A stretch of 41,675 bases of DNA from a virus. Lineage: Duplodnaviria > Caudoviricetes. The DNA lies in the IMG/VR virus record IMGVR_UViG_3300037047_000122, positions 1 to 41,675 of that record; one strand, given 5' to 3'. The notes beneath the pieces were generated by a model, which did not search any database, was not told the DNA's origin, and saw nothing but the letters and a program-made list of their open reading frames with translations. Shown in pieces: positions 16,748 to 23,579 of this stretch. Every line of letters begins with the position of its first letter. Position 1 is the stretch's first letter. A program made the translations under genes and the position numbers.

Positions 16748-16836
16748 AATGTTCCTCTTTGGGTGGGGCCGTGGGCACCCCACCCGTTGCAAAGGAGGGA
16801 GAAAACGCCGGGGTAACCAGGCCCGGCAGGATAAAG

Positions 16837-17454
16837 TTAAGCGTGGCTGAAGTAGACGCCGTTCATGCGCTGCCAGAGGGAGATGGTGAGCTTTACGTCC
16901 GAGATCTGGTACTCGATGATCTTTTCCAGCGGAAGCGTGCCAACCAGGGAGCCATCCACCTCGGGGCAGGCGACAGGCAGGCCGTAGAGTCTGGCGACCT
17001 GCTTGAGCCCTTTGGCCTGGCCCCAGTTGTAGAGGATGCCCATCAGATCGGTGACCGGGTCGGTGCGATACTTGGCCAGGTTGAGGAAGGGGACCTGTAC
17101 GCCGTGGGCCATCGAGCGGCGCTGGAGATAGAGGAGATCGAAGCCGAGGATGTTGTAGCCAACGCAGCGGCCGCCGCAATCCGCGAGGACCCGCCAGAAT
17201 TCGACCAGCATCTCAGGTTCTTTACCCTGCAGGACGGTGACAGGGCCATTGGGTTGGGTAGCGTAGCCGATGGTGATGATCTCGCCGTAATCGGGATCGA
17301 GGGCAGCGCGGTCGATCTGCTCCTGTCGTTTGGCTTCGAGGGCGGCTTTGATCTTCTCGGGGTCTTTGAGGTTGCCCGGGGCTTCCGGTTCGGGCATGAA
17401 TTGAACGCTGTCCAGGTTGGCAATGGTTTCACAGTCGAAGAAGAGACGGTTCAT
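16837..17454 (-). CDS. 3'-5' exonuclease (DnaQ/PolB-exo-like)
   Basis: ExoI FDCET, ExoII GYNILGFD, ExoIII YQISDV. Confidence 0.85.
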   Translation of the reverse strand: MNRLFFDCETIANLDSVQFMPEPEAPGNLKDPEKIKAALEAKRQEQIDRAALDPDYGEIITIGYATQPNGPVTVLQGKEPEMLVEFWRVLADCGGRCVGYNILGFDLLYLQRRSMAHGVQVPFLNLAKYRTDPVTDLMGILYNWGQAKGLKQVARLYGLPVACPEVDGSLVGTLPLEKIIEYQISDVKLTISLWQRMNGVYFSHA

Positions 17455-17487
17455 GTGGGGTTCCTTATGGGTCAGGTGCGAAAATGA

Positions 17488-18777
17488 CTAAACGAGAGTT
17501 TTCCAATCGTCGGGGTCGGGCGGGGCTTCGGGTGCGGGCTGGTCGCCGGCGGGCACCGGCTCGGTGGGCAACGGAATTTGATCGGGCTGGCTGTCGAGGT
17601 GGGCGATGATCACGCCGGCATCACGGACGGCATCGGGGAAGGGGATCCAGGCGCCGCCGGAGTCCTGGGCGGGCTTGAGCCAGGTGTAGAGGGCGATGAG
17701 GTAATGGTCGGGGATCTCGCGGATGGAGGGGAAGCCGGTGAGGAACTGCTGCACCTGGTGGCGTTTGCTGGGAGCTGCTCCATTGGCGAAGCAGGCCTCG
17801 AGCATGGGGGCGATGAGGCCTTTCTTGCCGTCAGAGATCTTGCGGTTGAGCCATTTCGCGGCAGAGGCGTCGATCTCGGCTTTGACCGCAGCGGCAGTGC
17901 GCACGGATGCGGCCGAAGGGGCTGCCGCGGGGCTTGTGGGGGCTGGAGTCGCGGAAGGGGGAGTAACAGCAGGCTTTGCCGCGGCAGGAGGCGTGGCGGG
18001 CTGTGCAGGGGGCGTGGCGGGGGCAGCTGCGGGGGGCGGCGTGGAAGCGGTCGGGGCGCTGGCGCGGGCTGGAGCCTCGGCGCCATCGTTCAGCCAGTCG
18101 AGCAGCCTTCGGAAGAACTTGTCGTCGGGCTTGTTGACCACGGCATCGGCCAGGGCGTCGCAGCGAGATTTGGTGATGGCCAGGTTATGGTCGATATCCA
18201 TATCGCCGACGATGGTGAACTCGTATTCCATGCCCTGGCGCTGGATGGGGGCCATGCCGACCTTGCGGATGACCGTCTTTTGGGTGCGCTCGTCTTTTTC
18301 CTGGACATAATCCATCTTGGAGCGCATGGTGGCAATGACGTGGCAGCGGCTTTGCAGGATGGTGTCGACCAGCTTGCGCTGGAGCGGGGTGACATCCTTC
18401 CAGGCGGTGAAGTTGTTGCCGGACTGGGAGCGCTTGGCGGCTTTGTCGACCATATCCAGCGCGCCGCCTTCGCCTTCCCAGGCGTGGGAGAGGGAGTCGA
18501 TCACGATCACGGCGTAACCGGCCGATTCGGCTAATTCGATGGCGTTGACGTAGAGCTGGGGGCTGAATGTGTCGAGCTCGAGGACGTCGAACTCGAACTT
18601 GTCGGAGTAGAGGGATGCGGAGCCGCGTTCGGTGTCGATGACGGCGATCTTTCCGCCTTCGGCCATGACGCGCGCGGCGATGAGGGCGGAGTAGGTTTTT
18701 CCGGCTCCGGAGGGACCATCGAGGGCAATACGGGCTTTTGAGCGTTTTTTGGTGGCTTTGGCGAATTGAAGTGACAT
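17488..18777 (-). CDS. AAA/RecA-like ATPase (Sak4-like) with Pro/Ala linker and extra C-terminal domain, 429 aa
   Basis: GPSGAGKT, IDTERGS, IDSLSHAW, ATMRSK and EYEF; ATG 18777 after AAGGA. Confidence 0.85.
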   Translation of the reverse strand: MSLQFAKATKKRSKARIALDGPSGAGKTYSALIAARVMAEGGKIAVIDTERGSASLYSDKFEFDVLELDTFSPQLYVNAIELAESAGYAVIVIDSLSHAWEGEGGALDMVDKAAKRSQSGNNFTAWKDVTPLQRKLVDTILQSRCHVIATMRSKMDYVQEKDERTQKTVIRKVGMAPIQRQGMEYEFTIVGDMDIDHNLAITKSRCDALADAVVNKPDDKFFRRLLDWLNDGAEAPARASAPTASTPPPAAAPATPPAQPATPPAAAKPAVTPPSATPAPTSPAAAPSAASVRTAAAVKAEIDASAAKWLNRKISDGKKGLIAPMLEACFANGAAPSKRHQVQQFLTGFPSIREIPDHYLIALYTWLKPAQDSGGAWIPFPDAVRDAGVIIAHLDSQPDQIPLPTEPVPAGDQPAPEAPPDPDDWKTLV

Positions 18778-18778
18778 C

Positions 18779-18807
18779 TTGTATCCTTTGTTCTCCAGTG
18801 CTATACT
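18779..18807 (+). promoter_or_regulatory. Antisense sigma70-type promoter inside the early operon
   Basis: TTGTAT-17 nt-TATACT with extended -10 TG. Confidence 0.55.
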
Positions 18808-18812
18808 GGAGG

Positions 18813-18902
18813 TGCGATGTGATCCCCCGAAAGGGGATGGATTGAGCGAGTGGGTTGCTCCCACCTTGATAGGGCCCCGTGCAGGGGGCCTTATCGTTTT
18901 AA
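18813..18902 (+). ncRNA. Candidate structured small RNA (three hairpins, last one terminator-like)
   Basis: ATCCCC/GGGGAT, GTGGG/CCCAC and GATAGGGCCCC/GGGGCCTTATC followed by GTTTT. Confidence 0.45.
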
Positions 18903-18908
18903 GGGGGG

Positions 18909-19367
18909 CTAGCGGACATAGCCGTTGTTCTTGAGATAGGTCCCGGCATCTCCCAAAGAGCGGGCCTGAGGGCGGAGGAACTTGGTGACCTCGTACCAGA
19001 CATCGCCTTTCTTTTCGAGGATCTGGATGAAGAAGCGGTCGCCTTCGTAGCAGATGGAGGCTTTGCGGCGGAACAAGGGCTTGCGCCAGGTCTGGGCGGT
19101 GCCGTGTTTGGAGAAGCATTTGGAGGCTTCCGTGTATTCGGCGTGGTTGTCGCCGTGCGACTGCGAATAGTCGATGGAGGAAGGGTATTCGTTGTTGTTG
19201 ACATCGACCTCGGACTCAAGGTCGGTGCCGGCGATCAGGCTGCGAGTGGCATCGGGGGTAACGTTGTTCGACCCCAGCAGCGCTATCAGCGCGAAGATCA
19301 CGATGGCGATAACGCCCAAGCCAAGAGCGACTTCGGTCAGGGATTGGCCTTTACGATTCGGAAGCAT
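18909..19367 (-). CDS. Flp/TadE-like prepilin N-terminus fused to a globular domain, 152 aa
   Basis: RKG/QSLTEVALGLGVIAIVIFALIALLG: class III signal with Gly -1, Glu +5 and a hydrophobic helix; GGAGG RBS. Confidence 0.7.
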   Translation of the reverse strand: MLPNRKGQSLTEVALGLGVIAIVIFALIALLGSNNVTPDATRSLIAGTDLESEVDVNNNEYPSSIDYSQSHGDNHAEYTEASKCFSKHGTAQTWRKPLFRRKASICYEGDRFFIQILEKKGDVWYEVTKFLRPQARSLGDAGTYLKNNGYVR

Positions 19368-19572
19368 CGGGGGCCTCCTCGGGTTTCTCGTCCTGGTCGC
19401 AGGTCAGGCGCGCTTCGTCGCAGGCGCTTTGCCAGAAGTTGGGGTTGCCTCCGGAGAGGACGGCAAGCCAGGTTGGGCGTTTGGTTCCCAGCGTGTCATG
19501 GACGTATTTGGCCGCGATGAGCAGGGACTTGCTGGGGTTGTGGTACAGGTCTTGTTTGATGGTTTCGAGCAT
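19351..19572 (-). CDS. Hypothetical protein, 73 aa
   Basis: ORF fits the operon. Confidence 0.55.
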   Translation of the reverse strand: MLETIKQDLYHNPSKSLLIAAKYVHDTLGTKRPTWLAVLSGGNPNFWQSACDEARLTCDQDEKPEEAPDASES

Positions 19573-19645
19573 GTGAGATCCGTCCGTGTTAGAATTTTGG
19601 TGGTTTTCGACCGGTCAGCGTTTGCGGCGCTGGCCGGTCAGCGGT

Positions 19646-19858
19646 TTAATTGGGGCGCGTCTTTGCGCCGACGGCTTCCAGTAGCCGAGCAATGCGGTAC
19701 AGGCAGGTCAGGGTGCGGGCTATCCTCCGTAATTTCTCGGGGTCGGGTTCGGTTTCGGTCAGGGGTTCAAGAACCATAATGGCTGCGGTTGCCTCTTCAG
19801 CGGCGCGGTCTCGGTTGTTGGCGGCCTGGTAGGGCCAGGGTTTTGGTTTGTCCGTCAT
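19646..19858 (-). CDS. Hypothetical protein, 70 aa
   Basis: AAGGAGG RBS; fits the operon. Confidence 0.7.
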   Translation of the reverse strand: MTDKPKPWPYQAANNRDRAAEEATAAIMVLEPLTETEPDPEKLRRIARTLTCLYRIARLLEAVGAKTRPN

Positions 19859-19938
19859 TGAAGCCTCCTTTTGGCGATAATTGCTGAATGGTGGCTTTAG
19901 GACGGCTTTTCGCGCCAGACGGGGCGCGGGACTGTAAA

Positions 19939-20241
19939 CTAGGATTGGTTGCGCAGCGCGGCAGCCTCGGCTTGGGAGTCCTGGGCATCGAGACGGTCGA
20001 GCTCGCGGCAGACGTCGACGTCGATCTCCTGCCAGTTGCGGGATTCGAACTGGAGCTGGAAAGCCTGCCAGGCTTCGAGGTTGCGGGTCTTCAGCTCGCG
20101 CAGGTTGTCGAAGGACTGCATGAAGGCGAGCATTTTCTCGTCTGGGGGGGTAGGGACTGCCGGAACAAAGTCCAGGCAGCGCAGGGCTTGTTTGTGGTGC
20201 CAGTTAGCGGATCGTTTGAGGTATCCGGAGGCGTAGGACAT
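19939..20241 (-). CDS. Hypothetical protein, 100 aa
   Basis: AAGGAG RBS; fits the operon. Confidence 0.7.
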   Translation of the reverse strand: MSYASGYLKRSANWHHKQALRCLDFVPAVPTPPDEKMLAFMQSFDNLRELKTRNLEAWQAFQLQFESRNWQEIDVDVCRELDRLDAQDSQAEAAALRNQS

Positions 20242-20268
20242 GGGTTGCTCCTTTTTCCCGTGCAGGGG

Positions 20269-20511
20269 TTATTCGGCGGTTGGGGCCAGAAGGCGGACGT
20301 CGGCCTGTGTTTGGGCGATGGCCTGCGCCTCGGCTTCGGCCTGTTCGATGGTCGTGCTTGGGCGCTGGACTTCTTCCATCTTGCGCCAGATCTCATCAAC
20401 AGCCCAATCGACGACGTGCGATTCGGAGCGGTGGGTAAGCTGGCCCAGGCGGATCACTCGAGCGATGGTTTCGAGCGAGAGGGAGTAGGTCTTTTTGTCG
20501 CGTTCGTTCAT
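20269..20511 (-). CDS. Ribbon-helix-helix regulator in the Cro position, 80 aa
   Basis: KTYSLS strand, helix, RSESHVVDWAV second helix; GGAG RBS; first gene of the leftward operon. Confidence 0.7.
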   Translation of the reverse strand: MNERDKKTYSLSLETIARVIRLGQLTHRSESHVVDWAVDEIWRKMEEVQRPSTTIEQAEAEAQAIAQTQADVRLLAPTAE

Positions 20512-20542
20512 GGGGTCTCCTAACAGTTACTAGAGTAATTGT

Positions 20543-20571
20543 ATTGTACTAGAGTGAGAGTAAAAAGTCAA
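20543..20571 (-). promoter_or_regulatory. Early lytic promoter
   Basis: TTGACT-17 nt-TACAAT on the - strand, overlapped by TACTAGAGT direct repeats (20528-20536, 20547-20555). Confidence 0.75.
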
Positions 20572-20597
20572 TAGGTTTACGTAAAGATATGGAAAAT

Positions 20598-20606
20598 TGC
20601 TATAAT
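20598..20606 (+). promoter_or_regulatory. Repressor promoter (extended -10)
   Basis: TGcTATAAT ending 7 nt before ATG 20613. Confidence 0.7.
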
Positions 20607-20612
20607 CTCATC

Positions 20613-21050
20613 ATGCCTTTTGATCGCGAGCGCTTTGCGTCATTCTTAAACGATCGGTTTTTCGAATATCGCGGGAAAACCGATCTGAACTGGACCGATT
20701 TCGCTCGGACAATAGGGATTACTCAACAGACAATTGCTGCTTGGAAGAATGGTTATCTGAAGAGAGCCCCTGACCAAGAAAATCAGGAGAAGTTGATTAG
20801 TTTTTTTGAGGAGAAGCACCCCGAAATCTACGACGTGTTAGGGCTGCGGCGGCCATCGTCGGCGGGCTTGTCAATTGACCTGGGGGATCCGGCGTTCATC
20901 AAGCGGGTGGTGGGGGCTGCCAATAAACTGGAAGCGGAGCTGACCCGGAGGGGTATCTCCCTAGACTCCCCCGAGGGCGAGGAGATCGCAATCCGAATTT
21001 TTTCCGAGTCCGAGTTCAGCCATACCGCTACCGAGCGGGGCGACAACTGA
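20613..21050 (+). CDS. XRE-family HTH repressor (CI-like), no S24 peptidase domain, 145 aa
   Basis: DFARTIGITQQTIAAWKNG...P HTH; divergent from the early operon. Confidence 0.85.
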   Translation: MPFDRERFASFLNDRFFEYRGKTDLNWTDFARTIGITQQTIAAWKNGYLKRAPDQENQEKLISFFEEKHPEIYDVLGLRRPSSAGLSIDLGDPAFIKRVVGAANKLEAELTRRGISLDSPEGEEIAIRIFSESEFSHTATERGDN

Positions 21051-21070
21051 TCTTTGAAAATTAGACGCAT
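20828..21070 (-). CDS. 80-aa ORF antisense to the repressor 3' half (candidate antirepressor or antisense transcript)
   Basis: GGGAG RBS 6 nt before the ATG and its own promoter at 21091-21118. Confidence 0.45.
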   Translation of the reverse strand: MRLIFKDQLSPRSVAVWLNSDSEKIRIAISSPSGESREIPLRVSSASSLLAAPTTRLMNAGSPRSIDKPADDGRRSPNTS

Positions 21071-21090
21071 GATTTTCTCCCTGTGCGATC

Positions 21091-21118
21091 ATTGTAGAAC
21101 AAACATAGAACATATCAA
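21091..21118 (-). promoter_or_regulatory. Promoter with GTTC-N7-GTTC repeat in its spacer
   Basis: TTGATA-16 nt-TACAAT on the - strand; + strand gaac aaacata gaac at 21097-21111. Confidence 0.6.
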
Positions 21119-21162
21119 GGAGCACTCAGGGGGGATGGGGCGAAGGAATATGGGGTAACCCG

Positions 21163-21756
21163 TTGGGGGATGAAAGAAATTTGACAAACATGAAAGAGAA
21201 TTGCCCTGGTTACATATTGGAAAAACCATATAATCCGGAATTTTGTTTTGGGATTTCAAATCCTAAAGGTTCCCGATATCCGAACCTGGTTGGTTGTTAT
21301 CAAATGGATATGCATATTTCCCAATATTCCGGAATGTATAAATACGGCAGGTGGTTAAATCTAAAGGGTGATTTTATGTACGACAAAAAAATTATGCATA
21401 CCCTTTTAAAACAAACTAAGAAAAAGTATGGTGGATGTCCATATTTAAATATAGAAATCGCCAAACTATTTATTGAATTGTGGCCCATGATCGTTAATCC
21501 AAACGAGGATTCCAGCTTCGAAATTTACCCCCCAGTGATAGACAAATTTAATGACGAGTTAATGAAAATAGGTCTTCAGATGCAAAGCCCTTCACCAACC
21601 TCTTATGGGGAAGAATATCCCGTTATAACAAATACGAGTATTTTTGTGGAGATTATAGACAAGATGTACAAGAATGAAAATAAAGAACAGATCAAAATCG
21701 GGCTTATGGCCAGTTATACAGAAATTTGTGAACAAATAATTCACTATTTTGATTGA
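21163..21756 (+). CDS. AT-rich hypothetical accessory protein (start TTG 21163 or ATG 21190)
   Basis: Long ORF in visibly AT-rich DNA; no recognised motif. Confidence 0.7.
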   Translation: MGDERNLTNMKENCPGYILEKPYNPEFCFGISNPKGSRYPNLVGCYQMDMHISQYSGMYKYGRWLNLKGDFMYDKKIMHTLLKQTKKKYGGCPYLNIEIAKLFIELWPMIVNPNEDSSFEIYPPVIDKFNDELMKIGLQMQSPSPTSYGEEYPVITNTSIFVEIIDKMYKNENKEQIKIGLMASYTEICEQIIHYFD

Positions 21757-21810
21757 TGAGTGCTGACGTATATCCTCATGGCGATGTTCAGAATGTAGGG
21801 GAGGAAAGCA

Positions 21811-22422
21811 ATGAAAAAGTGCCCATATTGCGCTGAAGAGATCCAGGACGAAGCGATCGTCTGCAAACATTGTGGCCGAGAATTAAGGACGCCGACAATT
21901 CAAACTCCGGTCGCACCTCAGAAAAAGAAAACCCCCGGATGGCTGATTCTCGTTGGGGGCGTTCTGTTGGTATGCATTGTTATTTTTGTGATTGCGGTGG
22001 CAAGTGGGGACCCAAAAACCGCAAACGTCACTCCCCCAAAGAGCACTACAAACTCAGCTGCGAGTGCCGATCCTACAATAGAGCCAACTGCCACCGCACG
22101 CCCACAATTGGGAATGGATGTCGGCCAATTTGTGGCAAAGTATGACAGTTTGACCGATCTCCAGAAAAAGGATTTCGTAAGTCAATCAGTCGGTAAATGG
22201 GTGAATTGGTCTGTTGTAGTTCGGGATGTCTCAACTAACGGGACGATTATGGCCGATATCCCTGAAACGTTATTGAGTCAAATCAGCCTGAAAGGTGTTT
22301 CGACGGATACGGCGGCTGGTTTAACTAAGGGACAAGCAATCAATATCACGGGAAGATTGGCCAGTGTTAGCGAAATGCTTGGTTTGATTATTTTTATCGA
22401 GGATGTTGAAATTGTGCCTTAA
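21811..22422 (+). CDS. Zinc-ribbon + single TM + extracytoplasmic OB-fold-like protein
   Basis: CPYCAEEI...CKHCG, hydrophobic helix, Thr/Pro linker, [13 protein letters not shown]...GQAINITGR; GGAGG RBS. Confidence 0.8.
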   Translation: MKKCPYCAEEIQDEAIVCKHCGRELRTPTIQTPVAPQKKKTPGWLILVGGVLLVCIVIFVIAVASGDPKTANVTPPKSTTNSAASADPTIEPTATARPQLGMDVGQFVAKYDSLTDLQKKDFVSQSVGKWVNWSVVVRDVSTNGTIMADIPETLLSQISLKGVSTDTAAGLTKGQAINITGRLASVSEMLGLIIFIEDVEIVP

Positions 22423-22440
22423 TTGAGGAGAGCGCCGCAT

Positions 22441-22629
22441 ATGGAAAACCACCTGACCAAAGACGACATGCTGTTCCTACTGCACCAGGCCTGCCTGCTT
22501 ATAGCCCATAAGCTTGATGAAAAACCCTGTTGGGTAGGCATTATCGCCGGGGCGAATCCGGATTTCCTAGAGGAGGCGGTGGAGATCGCGCGGGATACGT
22601 ATTGCCTGGATGAGACCGGGGAGATTTAG
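22441..22629 (+). CDS. Hypothetical protein, 62 aa
   Basis: GAGGAG RBS before ATG 22441. Confidence 0.55.
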   Translation: MENHLTKDDMLFLLHQACLLIAHKLDEKPCWVGIIAGANPDFLEEAVEIARDTYCLDETGEI

Positions 22630-22663
22630 AGGGGAAAACGTTTCTACGGAAACGGAGGGGCAA

Positions 22664-23323
22664 TTGGAAAATAACGACGCGGTAATCAGGCAGCGCTTTC
22701 AAGAATTATTAGATGAGATTGAGGTTATTCCTAAGAAGATGGGGGATTATGGATGGTATATCAGCGAATTTAACGAGTTGGAATTTCGGAAGTGGCTTAC
22801 AAGCGCCCGTTATTTACTTAAAAGTGTATTTGGAGAAGAGAGTCTTTTCTTCAAAGACTGGGAAACACTCGGGAACCAACATAGCAATAAAACTCCTGAA
22901 GCAAGATCATGCCTGGCGATTATTCAGTCAGCGAAAGAGAATTACGAAAAGGGATATATCTTCGATCAAAAAGCATTGATCGAGGCCAACCTCCTGGGAT
23001 CTGCGCTCCAGCAGGCAGAAGATTTATTTTCTAACAAGTATCTCCAGGCAGCTGCCATCGTCGCCGGCGTGGCACTTGAAACGCATCTGAAATCTTTGTG
23101 CGAACAAAAGGCGATTGTTATTACAGAAGCTAACCCGGGCATTCAAGCATACAACCAGGGTCTTTATAAGGCTAAAGTCTATAGCCAGCCGCAGATGCAA
23201 GAGATTGCGACATGGGGAAGTATTCGGAACGCCGCGGCACACGGAAACTGGGGCGAATTTACGAAAGATCATATCGATATGATGATCAAAGGAGTGACAC
23301 GATTCTTGAATACGAAATACTGA
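22664..23323 (+). CDS. HEPN (DUF4145-like) domain protein, 219 aa
   Basis: AAAIVAGVALETHL and IRNAAAHG (R-x4-H); TTG start after GGAGG. Confidence 0.8.
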   Translation: MENNDAVIRQRFQELLDEIEVIPKKMGDYGWYISEFNELEFRKWLTSARYLLKSVFGEESLFFKDWETLGNQHSNKTPEARSCLAIIQSAKENYEKGYIFDQKALIEANLLGSALQQAEDLFSNKYLQAAAIVAGVALETHLKSLCEQKAIVITEANPGIQAYNQGLYKAKVYSQPQMQEIATWGSIRNAAAHGNWGEFTKDHIDMMIKGVTRFLNTKY

Positions 23324-23437
23324 GTTTGATCGAATGAAAGGCGCACGACTCGCGGAAATTTAACAATCGAGGCACAAAAAAACACCCGTATGGGTGCTGG
23401 TTGAGAGTAGTTTTCTCGCCATAAACCACCATATATG

Positions 23438-23520
23438 GCCGGAGTGGCGGAACTGGCATACGCGCACGACTCAAAATCGTGTTCCCGAAAGGAATGAGGG
23501 TTCGATTCCCTCCTTCGGCA
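23438..23520 (+). tRNA. tRNA-Leu(CAA), probable attP core
   Basis: Acceptor stem GCCGGAG/CTTCGGC, anticodon arm CACGA-CTCAAAA-TCGTG, long variable arm TTCC/GGAA, T arm GAGGG-TTCGATT-CCCTC; no encoded CCA. Confidence 0.92.
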
Positions 23521-23536
23521 CAGGTGCTGGTGAAAG

Positions 23537-23576
23537 ACCTCTCATACCCCCATATATACGGGTGTGGGAGGTTTTT
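23537..23576 (+). terminator. Intrinsic terminator after the tRNA, containing the integrase RBS
   Basis: ACCTCTCATACCC/GGGTGTGGGAGGT 13-bp stem with two G-U pairs, then a T run. Confidence 0.7.
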
Positions 23577-23579
23577 CGT

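Noticed and set aside
19609-19639. 12-bp hairpin GACCGGTCAGCG/CGCTGGCCGGTC as a terminator
   Set aside because: No U tract on the coding (-) strand; it could be a processing or stability element but nothing else supports that.
23394-23579. 62-aa N-terminal extension of the integrase in the ORF track
   Set aside because: It reads through the tRNA and terminator; ATG 23580 has a GGGAGG RBS.
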